Of a DNA stretch of 64,000 bases, positions 44,399 to 55,262 are shown in pieces. This stretch comes from an uncultured Hormoscilla sp. Lineage in GTDB: Bacteria; Cyanobacteriota; Cyanobacteriia; Cyanobacteriales; Desertifilaceae. Location of the stretch: contig OZ001293.3 of assembly GCA_963921275.4 (NCBI GenBank), positions 6,784,001-6,848,000 of the forward strand, in the 5' to 3' direction. Below the pieces are notes generated by a model. It saw only the letters and a list, made by a program, of their open reading frames with translations, did not search any database and was not told where the DNA came from. The position numbers and the translations under genes were made by a program. Every line of letters starts with the position of its first letter. Position 1 is the stretch's first letter.

Positions 44399-45601
44399 AT
44401 GGACAACAAGCTGATGCTAATGATTCCCGGACCGACGCCAGTGCCTTCCCAGGTGCTACAGGCGATCGCCAAGCACCCGATCGGTCACCGCAGTGGCGAT
44501 TTTAGCAAGATTATCGGCGAATGTAATGAAGGTCTCAAATGGCTGCACCAAACCAGCAATGACGTGCTGACTTTAGCAGCTAGTGGGACGGGGGCGATGG
44601 AAGCGGGGATAATTAATTTCCTCAGTCCGGGCGATCGGGTGCTAGTGGGAAGCAACGGTAAATTTGGCCAACGCTGGGCAGAAGTAGCCCAAGCATACAA
44701 CCTGAATGTGGAAATCATCACGGCGGAGTGGGGCCAACCCCTGGATCCAGAGAAATTCCGGGAAAAACTCGAAGCGGATACGAAAAAGCAAATCAAAGCT
44801 GCGATTCTGACCCATTCTGAGACTTCGACAGCTGTACTCAATGACTTGGAAACGATCAATCGCCATGTCAAAGCCCACGGTGAAGCCTTAATTATAGTAG
44901 ATGCCGTTACCAGTTTAGGGGCTACTAAGGTGTCTGTAGATGAGTGGGGTTTGGATATAGTGGGTTCTGGTTCTCAAAAGGGTTACATGATGCCCCCAGG
45001 TTTGGGTTTTGTTGCGGTCAGCCCCAAAGCTTGGCAAGCCTATGAGATGGCAAAACTGCCCCGCTTCTATTTTGATTTGGGTAAATACCGTCAGGTCGCG
45101 GCCAAGAATAGCACCCCCTTTACACCACCAGTGAATTTGTATTTCGGCCTGCAAGTGGTCCTGAAGATGTTAAAGGATGAAGGGTTGGAAAATATTTTCG
45201 CCCGCCATTTGCGCCTGACCAATGCCACTCGTGCGGCGGTGAAAGCCTTGGGGTTAGGGCTGTTAGCTGCTGACGATGTTGCCAGTCCGGCGGCGACAGC
45301 AGTGGCACCTACCCAGGTGGAAGCAGAACAAATTCGGGCCGTGATCAAGAAGCGGTTTGATATTGCTTTAGCTGGCGGACAAGACCACCTTAAGGGCAAG
45401 ATATTCCGCATCGGTCATTTGGGTTTTGTCAGCGATCGGGACATACTCACCTGCATAGCTGCTTTAGAAGCAACCCTACAAGAACTGGGATATGAAAGTT
45501 TTACTCCTGGTGCGGGGGTGACAGCTGCGGCTAAAGTCTTTGCCCAATCTAAACCTGTCTTCACCAGTATCCCAGAAACCAGGTTTCTTAATCAGGGATG
45601 A
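44399..45601 (+). CDS. Class V PLP aminotransferase (alanine/serine-glyoxylate aminotransferase family)
   Basis: MIPGPTP, HSETST, GSQKG and FRIGHLG motifs. Confidence 0.96.
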   Translation: MDNKLMLMIPGPTPVPSQVLQAIAKHPIGHRSGDFSKIIGECNEGLKWLHQTSNDVLTLAASGTGAMEAGIINFLSPGDRVLVGSNGKFGQRWAEVAQAYNLNVEIITAEWGQPLDPEKFREKLEADTKKQIKAAILTHSETSTAVLNDLETINRHVKAHGEALIIVDAVTSLGATKVSVDEWGLDIVGSGSQKGYMMPPGLGFVAVSPKAWQAYEMAKLPRFYFDLGKYRQVAAKNSTPFTPPVNLYFGLQVVLKMLKDEGLENIFARHLRLTNATRAAVKALGLGLLAADDVASPAATAVAPTQVEAEQIRAVIKKRFDIALAGGQDHLKGKIFRIGHLGFVSDRDILTCIAALEATLQELGYESFTPGAGVTAAAKVFAQSKPVFTSIPETRFLNQG

Positions 45602-45611
45602 GTTTGAACTG

Positions 45612-45640
45612 AAAAAGCGGGTGACCTGCACCCGCTTTTT
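45612..45640. terminator. Bidirectional terminator
   Basis: AAAAAGCGGGTG-ACCTG-CACCCGCTTTTT between convergent genes. Confidence 0.88.
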
Positions 45641-45734
45641 ATCATCTTTCTCCGAATAGTTAGACCCGGTCCCAGGCTAGGGGGATGCTCGTGCATCAAC
45701 ATATCATATGCTCCTATAGCGTTTTGGTTAGGTT

Positions 45735-45926
45735 TCAGGTAGTTTCCAGCCAGTCAAAGATTCTATCTAGCTGTTCTAGGGTCACCAAACCATATTGCCA
45801 CAGAACCATCGGTAATGGACCAGGATCTTGCTCGCAGCGCTTCATGGCCACGGAGATCGAGGAAAACGGAATTACCAATTCTTCTTGTAAAAACCCAATT
45901 AATGGAGAGTAGCTTGCTGGTGCCAT
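45735..45926 (-). CDS. DUF2949 family protein
   Basis: FLQEEL...PLPMVLWQYGLVTLEQLDRIFDWLE. Confidence 0.88.
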   Translation of the reverse strand: MAPASYSPLIGFLQEELVIPFSSISVAMKRCEQDPGPLPMVLWQYGLVTLEQLDRIFDWLETT

Positions 45927-46519
45927 GATTTTTTTGTCTCTGCTATTCAAAACTATTTTCTAAATAATCCACTTTACTTTCAGTCCACGAGTAGCCAGTT
46001 TTCGATCTGTCCGCCTAATGTTACAATAGTAAGTCAGTTATCTATGGGGTTGAAGTGATCTCTTGTGAGATCGAAATGCGACCTCGATCACATCCCTTCG
46101 TCGATCCCCGCTGGGACTTATCTTTACTACAACAGACTCTGACCTGATTCGGAATCTTCCAAAAAAATTTTTCACATCCGTACATCCGCCCGATCGCTCC
46201 TGCCCTAACAAATCCTACAACGCTTACTATATCTACTCTGTAGCCGATCCCAACTGCCAGTTTACTCCGGGATCGCTGTCTTCAGCCTCAACGATCGACC
46301 CCTCTGGTAACCATGCCTTACTGCTTAATCAAGCATCAGACAGCAGATTCCGGAACTTAAGTGTTTTTACTATTTTTGTGTATATATCGTCACAATTATA
46401 CTCCCATAGACTCTAGTCAGTTGACGCGGCTGCCGATTCAAAACGAGCCTTCTATCCAGAACATATGTTAACTATTGTAAAGAATCTTAACATATTTGTT
46501 ACTTGCGGGCGAAAAATAA

Positions 46520-46705
46520 TTGGGCAGGTCGCGGTCGGAGAAAAAAATCGGACACCGGATGTTGGTCTTGATATGTAGTGCGGATTGCTAGCGCTCCTGC
46601 GTCGCGCCGCTACGCTAACATACCTCGCAACACAGGCGACCGAGCCCTAGCGACTGCGCAGCAGTCGGATCCACCTTAAGACCGAGTTCTGCGACGCGGT
46701 AAACC
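46520..46705 (-). ncRNA. ssrS: Probable 6S RNA (ends approximate)
   Basis: Long imperfect rod (GGTCTT..AAGACC pairing, terminal pairing) resembling cyanobacterial 6S as I recall it; TAGACA-18-TATAAT directly upstream. Confidence 0.7.
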
Positions 46706-46738
46706 CAACATTATAACAATTTAAAGACAAGACTGTCT

Positions 46739-47612
46739 AGGGCGTGTCATCAATTAAGCCATATTACAGCTGCCGCGAGGTAGATGGCACCCAAGAAATT
46801 GCGAGCCGTTTTATCGTAGCGTGTCGCCAGAGCCCTGTATTGCTTGAGTTTTTGGAATAGATTTTCAATTAGATGCCGCCACTTGTACATTTCTTCATCG
46901 TATTCTCTGTGTTCTGTGCGGTTACTTTTTGGAGGAATGACAGCCATCCAATCCGCCTCTTTCAGCGCTCGAGCACACGTTGTTCCGCATCATAGGCTTT
47001 ATCTGCAAGCAGCGCGCCAATCTCACCGATTTTATCCAATAGCACGTCAGCGCCTTTCCCGTCGTGGGCTTGGCCAGGGGTAAGATGAAATCCTGTGGGA
47101 TTGCCTTGGGCAATCGCAAGTGGCATGAATCTTTGTCGATAGTCCCCCTTTACTACGGCCTATGGCTTGGGTTTCGCACGTATCTGAGGGTGTTTTTTTT
47201 TGCACCCGCACGCTCGTTGATGGGCACGCAGGATGGTGGCATCAATCGCGGCGTATTCGTTATCGGCGTCTGAGGCCAAGACATCGAATACCTGCTTCCA
47301 AACTCCCTTTTCAGACCAACGGGTATGGCGGGTATGAACAACCCGAAAATCCCCAAAACACTCCGGTAAATCCCGCCAGGGAATGCCAGCACGATATCGA
47401 TATAACACGGCAGAACACGAATAATCTATTGTTCTTGGCTGTAGCGCCTGGGTCACCCTCTTTACCAGGTAAAAGGTGTTCGATCCGTTCCCACTGGTCG
47501 TCTCGCAAGCCATAGCGTCTCATATCATGCCCTCTTGATTGTTATTGCTGGATAAGGACTCCATACCGTATCCATCTATTTCTGTCAAGCAATTTGATTG
47601 ATGACACACCCT
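46739..47612 (-). mobile_element. IS5-family (IS427-group-like) element with a frameshifted transposase
   Basis: GGG(C/T)GTGTCATCAAT inverted ends bounded by [21 protein letters not shown] and RALATRYDK motifs. Confidence 0.92.
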
Positions 47613-47658
47613 AGTAAATCGGTTAATTATTCCCAAAAATCGGGTTTCACGCGCGTGT

Positions 47659-47790
47659 TAAGTTGGCGTGCATAATTAAACTTAATGGAAGTAAAGTTTT
47701 GTTAAGTTGGCGATCGAGCCCCTCCCAGAAAGAGATTCAGCTATTTTACATTTTTTAACATAGGCTGGTTTATTTGTGCCTACCTACTTA
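47659..47790. mobile_element. MITE (TAAGT..GCATAATTAAAC / GTTTATTTGTGCCTACCTACTTA)
   Basis: Terminal inverted repeats related to 1823-1916. Confidence 0.6.
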
Positions 47791-47811
47791 TCAGCCCACG
47801 GCCCCCAAATT

Positions 47812-47953
47812 ATAAGATGCTGTGGGCGAATTACCAAAACAGGCGCGTGAGGGAGCACCCGAGCAGGGAGAGGGGAGAAAATCATTGATTTCTGGCGGTT
47901 TCGGGCTCTGAGGGGCGTCGCCCCCCAGTCTATTACCCCACAGTATCTTATAA
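47812..47953. mobile_element. Candidate MITE
   Basis: TTATAAGATGCTGTGGG / CCCACAGTATCTTATAA inverted ends. Confidence 0.55.
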
Positions 47954-48067
47954 CGGTCTAGCCGAATATTACAACCGGTTAATATATAATTTATCGCCGG
48001 TAGTTACCCTGTTGGAATCTGATTTTTAGCTAATGAGGGGTGATACCCTATAACTAAAATCCTTGCC

Positions 48068-48416
48068 GGCGTTGCACAACTCCGGGATGATAAGGATTGC
48101 TAATTGCTAATACTCAAAGGTTAATCTTGATGGTCATTTTTGGTCATGAATAGATGTATTTACTTTTTTCAATTAGCCAAAGTGCCAAAGTGCAATTTTC
48201 AACGGGGTTGCACAATTACGGGATGATAAGGGTTGCTAATTGCTAATACTCAAAGGTTAATCTTGATGGTCATTTTTGGTCATGAAAGATGTATTTACTC
48301 TTTTCAATTAGCCAAAGTGCCAAAGTGCAATTTTCAACCATTGGCTGCTATCATCCCAAAAATGTGCAACGCCTTTTCAATAATTGGCTGCTATCATCCC
48401 AAAAATGTGCAACGCC
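48068..48416. mobile_element. IS1-derived MITE containing a second copy of itself (48204-48373)
   Basis: Outer target duplication TCCTTGCC; inner TTTTCAA(C/T). Confidence 0.9.
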
Positions 48417-48592
48417 TCCTTGCCAATTATCTGGGGCCACGGCGCCCCCAGGGCATACCATTTAAAATCCGCTAAGGTCGGTCAAGAAACCGGGAATATA
48501 CGGAAAAAATACAGAAATTCGGTCTTGACCTTAGTGTCGGTCAAGCTACAGGAGACTCTAATATGCCATAGAAGCGTTTTAGCCGATCGACT

Positions 48593-48925
48593 TTATCCCG
48601 ATCGATCCGATGGAAAACAGTCATCAAAGGTGACAGCATCGGGGTCGAGAAAACTGGCGATCGCCATTTCCATCACTGCTTCGGGAGGATATTCAATTTC
48701 AGCAGCATGAGAATGAATCCCCTTCTGGAGATAGTAACTAAAGGCAGATCCGGACCTCTCTTCTATTCCTGAAGGCAAATGAGCGATGCCAACAAAACAG
48801 GCGATCGCATATTCAATGACATCTTGAGGATCAAATAATGTGGCCCTAGCATAGAATTCTATTACTTTTTGAACGGGCTCGGAATAAGCATTCCATATCG
48901 GCCTTTGGACATATAAATCTTTCAA
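48593..48925 (-). CDS. Hypothetical protein
   Basis: 110-aa ORF with an internal repeat (PQDVIEYAIACF / PEAVMEMAIASF). Confidence 0.6.
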   Translation of the reverse strand: MKDLYVQRPIWNAYSEPVQKVIEFYARATLFDPQDVIEYAIACFVGIAHLPSGIEERSGSAFSYYLQKGIHSHAAEIEYPPEAVMEMAIASFLDPDAVTFDDCFPSDRSG

Positions 48926-49328
48926 CAGTTATCTCTTCCTTACGAATGCGCAAATCGCCCGATCGCCCGCAAAGAACACAGTTAAGGAGGGCGTATCCTC
49001 TTGTTGGGGGAACGGGGAACGGGGAACGGGAAACAGGAAACTCGCGCGCAGGGGGCGGCGAGGGGATCACCAGCGAACCTGGAAACATCTCAGTCGTGCC
49101 TTATTTTTGGTACTCCCCCAAAGCTACCGATGCGCCCAGTTAAGGAGTCTGGTGGGGGCTACGATTTTCCATAGAGCCCACCACTTTTTAGAGGGCGATC
49201 GACCTTTACAATTGCTATGCAATCAAAAGGGGCAAGCTGCTAAAATTAGGGATTGCTCTTAAAGCTAAACTCACCTTCTTTGAGTTCGTTAATCTTATGC
49301 CATTGCTTGATGGAGGATTCAAGATGGA

Positions 49329-51056
49329 TTATTTTCTGGGAGTACCGTCGCCGCTAGCATCAGCATGCCGAAAGGTTGCGGTCCAAATTCCGTGAAGAGT
49401 GCAGAGGTCGTTAGTTTTGAGAGCACGACCTTGGTAGGGGATAAAGCTACTGGCGTTGCACAACTCCGGGATGATGAGTTATTGCAGATTATAATAATCT
49501 GCAATAACTCATCATAAATTTATAATTAGCATAGGCTGATTTTACACAGGAGTACCAATTAGTGGTATAATGGATATTAAAGCTAATTTAGAATGTCAAG
49601 GAGTTGAATATGAAATGTCCACTCCGGTGCTTCGAAAAAAGTCAATAAAAATGGTCATCTACGTGGCAAACAAAATTTTCTTTGCAAGAATTGTGGCCGC
49701 CAGTTTATTGAACATTATTCTCCACGAGTATATCCGAAAAAAGTGAAAGAAAATTGTTTAAAAATGTACGTTAATGGCAAGGGCTTTCGAGGGATTGAAA
49801 GAATCACTGACGTCAATCATAATACTGTCATCAATTGGGTAAAACAAGTAGCTCAACAAGAGCCTATTCTCCCCGAAAACTATGAGATCCGGTTTCAGAG
49901 ATTGACGAGTTACATACTTATGTAGGTGAAAAAAAGAATAAAAAGTGGTTATGGACAGTTGTTAATCATTTTCAACCTGGAATTATAGCATGGACTTTAG
50001 GAGACCGCCCGGCAGAAACATTTAAGCCATTGTGGGAAATAATAAAAGGCATCATTTTTTTGACGGATGGTTGGCCAGTATATTCAAAGTTTATTGAAGA
50101 TATTGACCAGATAGTGAGTAAAACTTACATGACTCGTGTTGAAGGTGAAAACTGTCGATTAAGACATGATCTCGCTCGATTAAAAAGAAAAACATTGTGT
50201 TCCTCAAAATCCGAAGAAATGTTAATGCTTTCAATTAAGTTACTTTGACAGTATTTACGTTATGATTTCATACCTGTCTATAGTTAAATCATCCCGTAAT
50301 TGTGCAACGCCAAGCTACTCTGTTGGAGGCCATCGGTGTAGTGGGCGATCGCGTTAGCAATAGTGCGCCTAGGGCTACGGGTGTAGGTGCGGATCTGGTC
50401 GAGACTGAGGCCCTTTTGGTGAAGAGCGATAATGGTGTGGATCTTAGGCGATCGTGAGGTCAGTCAAAAAACGGTAGCGGCGCATGATATAGCGTGGCAT
50501 CTCGGGGTAGCTAGCCATAGGTTTGAGAGTTAGTCCAACGCGGGCGGTGGCGATGACGTTGCGGTGGTCGGTGAAGGGGAGAGGACGCAGGTGAAGGGGG
50601 CTGGTGGTGTCGGTGACTGCGGGTACCGATAGTCCAGTCGAGGTCGGCGATCGTGGTGTAACCGGTGTGGCTCTGGATGCGATCTACGCAAAGGGAGCAG
50701 CCATTAACTAGGCTATCGTTAGGTCGGGAGAAGGTGCGGATCAGGATGCCACCAAAAGCACTGGGGTCAGCGCCGAAAGTGATATCCAGACCCTTGAAAC
50801 TGCCGCTTCGGTAGTTGCTACCGTCACGGTGAAAGTACCAGCACCCAGTGGTTTGTTGCATCGGGTCGTGGTGGGCAAACGGGTCGGGATGCTCGGCGCT
50901 GTGATAATAGCATTCAACCTAGACGAGCCTGTGCGCATCACCGTTGATGACTAGCTCCGTCTTGTTAAGTAAGTGCTCTGCGAGATTGGCAAACCAGGAT
51001 TGGCCTATAGACAGGCTAGAGTCTGGGCGATCGAGGCGTGCAAGGGCGGTTTTCAT
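49329..51056 (-). pseudogene. Methylpurine-DNA glycosylase-like hypothetical protein, disrupted by a stop, frameshifts and IS1
   Basis: HRLV*VECYY..HPDPFAH..WYFH..KGLDITFG..GGILIR; reading resumes beyond the IS1. Confidence 0.65.
49452..50311 (+). mobile_element. IS1-family element with degraded insA/insB
   Basis: GGCGTTGCACAA..GGGATGAT inverted ends; 8-bp duplication AAGCTACT; KQNFLCKNCGRQF, TDGWPVY and RVEGENCRLRH motifs. Confidence 0.95.
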
Positions 51057-51123
51057 GGTCACACTGTTCCCTTCCATATTACAAAACGAAGTGCCGAATG
51101 TGGGTTACATTAATTCAACGGCG

Positions 51124-51392
51124 GGCGTTGCACAATCACACCGATGATGGGCATAGTTGGCAGTTGTTTTCAACTTAGACTACAAGCCATTTTCAGTTAT
51201 GCGCAAAAAATGGTGGCGTTGCACAACTCCGGGATGATAAGGGTTGAAAATTGTTAATTGTCAATGGTCAATTGAAATAGTTATAGATGTTCATGAATAG
51301 ACAAATAATGATTTTCAATTTTCAATTTTCAATTTTCAACCATTGACTGCTATCATCCCAAAAATGTGCAACGCCAAAATGGTATCATCCCC
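51124..51392. mobile_element. Older IS1-derived MITE with a younger MITE (51215-51375) inserted
   Basis: Inner duplication AAAATGGT; the outer copy resembles 26983-27092. Confidence 0.85.
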
Positions 51393-51522
51393 CGTGCTAT
51401 GCCTAATTTTGCACAACCACTTAACTACGGCTATGCGATCGGGTAATCGTCCACCGTCATATCCGAGTGCCACCCGTGCCCCCCGAGACCAGATAGCAGA
51501 TCCAACTACTTTCAAATTTCAA

Positions 51523-52239
51523 TTAACAATTTTCAACAACTCCTAGTTCTCGCAAAACATATCCGACTCCTCGGACAGTTTGAATCAAGCGCTGATTCCC
51601 CTGGTCTTCAATTTTGATGCGCAAATAGCGAATATAGACCTCAATCACATTTGATTCTCCCAAAAAGTCGTAACCCCAGACCTGTTCCAAAATCTGTTCC
51701 CGGGTTAATACCTCGCGGGGGGAGGACATCAAGCATTTGAGCAATTCAAATTCCTTCATAGTCAGGTCGATCGCCCGTCCGGCGCGGATAGCTTTGCGGG
51801 TAGTCAAGTCTAGGACCAGGTCGCTAAAGCGTAACTGTTCCGTCTCACTCTTGTCAGGCTGTAAGTAAAGGCGCAGCAGCCTTAAAAGTTCGGAAGTGCG
51901 ATAGGGTTTGAGGAAATAGTCATCAGCGCCTGCTTCCAGACAAGCTACCCGATCGTCCACCCGATCGCGAGCCATCAAAATCAGCATCGGTGTCACATCT
52001 CCCGCCTGACGCAGTTGGCGGCAGAGGTCTAACCCCGAATCTCCTGCCAGCATCCGGTCGATTACAATCAAAGCTGGCTGGAGTTTTCGGGCCAGTTGCA
52101 TACCCGCGATCGCATCAGAGCCCACCACTGGATCGTAACCCGATTCTTTTAAATCCCGACTTATTTCCTCAGCTAGAGTAGGATCGGTTTCAATCAGTAA
52201 AATCGAGGGGGGATGGGAATGGTAGGCAAGGTTCATCAT
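51523..52239 (-). CDS. nblR: OmpR-type response regulator NblR
   Basis: Atypical receiver N-terminus plus SNVIEVYIRYLR wHTH; position downstream of NAD kinase. Confidence 0.82.
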   Translation of the reverse strand: MMNLAYHSHPPSILLIETDPTLAEEISRDLKESGYDPVVGSDAIAGMQLARKLQPALIVIDRMLAGDSGLDLCRQLRQAGDVTPMLILMARDRVDDRVACLEAGADDYFLKPYRTSELLRLLRLYLQPDKSETEQLRFSDLVLDLTTRKAIRAGRAIDLTMKEFELLKCLMSSPREVLTREQILEQVWGYDFLGESNVIEVYIRYLRIKIEDQGNQRLIQTVRGVGYVLRELGVVENC

Positions 52240-52242
52240 CCT

Positions 52243-53169
52243 TTAGGGTAGTTCGACAGAAGTTGGTTTAGCAATATGGGGCAGACCCCAACCTAATTTT
52301 TCTCGGAGAATGCGGAAAAACTCCGGCGATTTTAACCGGATGAAGCGAGCTGTGTAAGGCGATCGCTCTACTAGCACCTCATCTGAGGGCAAAACATAAC
52401 ATCCTGCATTCCCATCTACTACCATCACCAGACGATTAGGAATGACTGGAAAAATTCTCACTGGATCGTTTTGACTAAACACCAAAGCTCGGGAGGCTAG
52501 AGAATGAGGGCAGATCGGCATCAATTGTAGCACCGGCACTCCTGGGGTGACCACTGCTCCTCCCGCGCTCAAAGAATAGGCCGTTGAGCCCGTTGGAGTC
52601 GATACAATCACCCCATCTGCCGCCATATCTACCGGTGTATGATGTCCCACTTGGATTTCAAAATGGCACATACTGGTCAACGGTTCCCGGTGCAGCACCA
52701 TTTCATTCAGGCACAGGGCCTCCCAGATGCAGGTCGAGCCGCGCGACACCTGTACTGTGAGCATCATCCTTTCTTCTATTTCATAATCACCTGCCATAAC
52801 TTTTTCCATGGTGATGGGCAGTTGATTGACATAGGTTTCTGTCAGGAAACCCATGTGACCAGTATTTACCGTTAGCAGCGGGATGTCGCAGGGGGCCACC
52901 TGACGAAAAGCCGACAGCACCGTGCCATCTCCCCCCAGCACCACCCCAAAACTCATCTCCTTACCGAAACCTGGGGGAATTAGCTGCTCTATGGGTGTAT
53001 GGCACACGGCTGCGCCTGGGCGATCGGGTTGAGAATAGCCAAGAATTCCTCCCACACCCGTCGTCACGCAGATATCCCAGCCCAAAGATGTCAGCTGAGC
53101 TTGTAACTCCCTGGCGACGCGACAAGCTACTGGTTTGATTTCGTTATATATTATCCCAGCTTTGGGCAC
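52243..53169 (-). CDS. nadK: NAD(+) kinase
   Basis: LGGDGT, LNE and [14 protein letters not shown] motifs. Confidence 0.97.
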   Translation of the reverse strand: MPKAGIIYNEIKPVACRVARELQAQLTSLGWDICVTTGVGGILGYSQPDRPGAAVCHTPIEQLIPPGFGKEMSFGVVLGGDGTVLSAFRQVAPCDIPLLTVNTGHMGFLTETYVNQLPITMEKVMAGDYEIEERMMLTVQVSRGSTCIWEALCLNEMVLHREPLTSMCHFEIQVGHHTPVDMAADGVIVSTPTGSTAYSLSAGGAVVTPGVPVLQLMPICPHSLASRALVFSQNDPVRIFPVIPNRLVMVVDGNAGCYVLPSDEVLVERSPYTARFIRLKSPEFFRILREKLGWGLPHIAKPTSVELP

Positions 53170-53199
53170 GCTACCTACTACTCCTTGGGTTAAATCTGA

Positions 53200-54177
53200 C
53201 TAAAAACGAGATTTTAACGGCGTCTTTTTTGGCTTTTTGTTTTTCTGGCGCTGGTAATCTAATTCCTTCAGTTTCTGCAAAATGCGGCTGAAGTATTCTT
53301 GCATATAGGATTTGGTGGTTGTCGTTTCCGACGGGTCTAGTCCAAAGGTGCTGTATACTTCTTCCATAGAAGCACTCAGGGGTTTACCAGAACAGAGCAC
53401 TTCAGCAAAGGCCAATCGGTCAGCTACATTCCACGTCCACTGGAAAAACCGGGCCATTTGGCGCATCACACGCAAGAATGAAAGCGGCATCCGCGCTATC
53501 TTTGCCTCCCGATCGCTCAGTTTTTCGCATAAACGGATGATCTCATACCCGCTCATCGCCTGGGGACCTACAACTGGGAATGTTTTGCCTGCCGTTTCTG
53601 GAACCGTAAGGGCATGTACTGCGAACTTAGCGATGTCGATCGCATCCATAAAGGCAATTGGCGAAGCCTCACCGGTTACCCAAACCGTCTGATTCTCCAG
53701 GATGGGAATAGCGTATTGACTGACCAAGCCTTGCATAAAGCCTGCCAGCCGCAGCACCGTGTAATTCAGACCTGATTGTGCCAACAATATTTCCGTACAC
53801 CGTTTAATCTCCATTAATGGTACCTGTCGATACTTTTCGGCGTCCAGAATCGAGAAAAATATAAACCGGTCCACCCCCGCTGCTTTGGCTGCTTGAATTA
53901 GCGCCACCTTTCCTTCCCAGTCTACTTGTTTCACGCTCAGGGAATCTGTCGGTCGGGCCGTAGCTGCATCAATCACAGCCGTAATCTCCTCCAAGGCCGG
54001 AGGTAGACTTTTAGGGTCGCACAAGTTCCCCCGGACCAGTTCTGCTCCCCATTCTTTCAAAAATGCTGCCTTTCGGGGACTCCGCACTAGACAGTGGACT
54101 TGATAGCCCTCGTCTAGGGCCCTACGAGTCACCTGTCTTCCTAAGGTTCCAGTGGCACCTACAACCAATAAGCTCAT
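53200..54177 (-). CDS. ycf39: Ycf39 NAD(P)-binding PSII assembly factor (atypical SDR)
   Basis: GATGTLGRQ, AFLKEWGAEL and WNVADRLAF motifs. Confidence 0.93.
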   Translation of the reverse strand: MSLLVVGATGTLGRQVTRRALDEGYQVHCLVRSPRKAAFLKEWGAELVRGNLCDPKSLPPALEEITAVIDAATARPTDSLSVKQVDWEGKVALIQAAKAAGVDRFIFFSILDAEKYRQVPLMEIKRCTEILLAQSGLNYTVLRLAGFMQGLVSQYAIPILENQTVWVTGEASPIAFMDAIDIAKFAVHALTVPETAGKTFPVVGPQAMSGYEIIRLCEKLSDREAKIARMPLSFLRVMRQMARFFQWTWNVADRLAFAEVLCSGKPLSASMEEVYSTFGLDPSETTTTKSYMQEYFSRILQKLKELDYQRQKNKKPKKTPLKSRF

Positions 54178-54295
54178 GAGGTAATTTATTACAAATCGTT
54201 AACTTTTGATAAGATTTTATCATAAATCTTTACATTACGGAGATCGATCTCCAGGAGCCTACTTGCCACCAGCAGTATAAAGATACCAATATAAT

Positions 54296-54328
54296 CCTAG
54301 GGCAGCGGTTTAAATCACTGCCCCTAGG
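54296..54328. terminator. Hairpin, possible terminator
   Basis: CCTAGGGCAG...CTGCCCCTAGG. Confidence 0.45.
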
Positions 54329-54452
54329 CCCTAATTTACTTTAGCTGCGCATCTTTTCTCTGAGCAATGCTTAATGCCCTATATACATGGAGTATGCTGC
54401 GGTAATTAATCTCATATCTGTAGTTTATCAAAATATAACTAGTGATTAAATT

Positions 54453-54926
54453 ATGTCCGATTTTTCCGGAACGGTGCCTGAAGTAATTAAGTATCGACAG
54501 CTGCCGATCGGTCCGCGGACGGCCCGAAAAATCGCGTCGTCAGGTGGTGAGGCCCCTAACTGTGAGGTGCAGCATCCGGTGGATCTCGCGAACGTCCGCC
54601 AGCTACACTCCAAGCTGCTGCCGGTGGAAAAAGCCCAGCGGATGGCTGAGTTTTTCAGCTTGATGGGAGATGCCAACCGTTTGCGCATTCTATCGGTGTT
54701 GGCAATACGGGAACTCTGTGTCTGCGATTTGGCAGGATTGATTAAAATGAGTGAATCGGCGGTCTCCCATCAACTGCGAGTTTTGCGCTCAATGGGCCTG
54801 GTTAACTATCGCAAGCAGGGACGGAATGTTTTTTACTCTCTCTCGGACAGCCACGCGCTCAATATTTACCGGGAACTGCTTTCCCATCTCGATTTTTCGC
54901 GCAGCGTTCGACTGCCAGACACTTAG
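54453..54926 (+). CDS. ArsR/SmtB family metal-sensing repressor carrying three micro-insertions
   Basis: ELCVCDLA and SESAVSHQLR motifs; insertions at 54462-54476 (A), 54507-54530 (C) and 54894-54908 (B). Confidence 0.92.
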   Translation: MSDFSGTVPEVIKYRQLPIGPRTARKIASSGGEAPNCEVQHPVDLANVRQLHSKLLPVEKAQRMAEFFSLMGDANRLRILSVLAIRELCVCDLAGLIKMSESAVSHQLRVLRSMGLVNYRKQGRNVFYSLSDSHALNIYRELLSHLDFSRSVRLPDT

Positions 54927-54945
54927 GGGCGATGGCGGGCACGGC

Positions 54946-55000
54946 TTCCGGCGTCTTCCGCGTGCTCTTGTCCTGAAGGACTCGGCACGCGGAAGACACC
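54946..55000. repeat. Type D hairpin element, intergenic copy
   Basis: GTCTTCCGCGTGC..GTCC-TGAA-GGAC..GCACGCGGAAGAC. Confidence 0.8.
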
Positions 55001-55262
55001 GCGCCATCACGGGCTATTCGGTTTCTTCGGGACCCTGAATTTTGACCAACAAAAAGCCTAAGCCTAAACCTACCAGAATTAGGGTAGAGGAGAGAACTGC
55101 CGCATTAAAAATTTCACCGCCCATTGTTTGCTTTTTCCTTTAGAATGATGGTTTTGACAGCCTGAGATCTGCCCAGCTAGGGGAGAGTGCTGGCGCAGTT
55201 GCGGGGCTTACGGATGTATTGTAGAACAGTTTGACAGTCAAGGTAAGGAATAAAAAGAAAGT

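Noticed and set aside
54180..54450. petM or a metallothionein gene upstream of ycf39 / divergent from the smtB-like gene
   Set aside because: No matching small ORF was found by eye.
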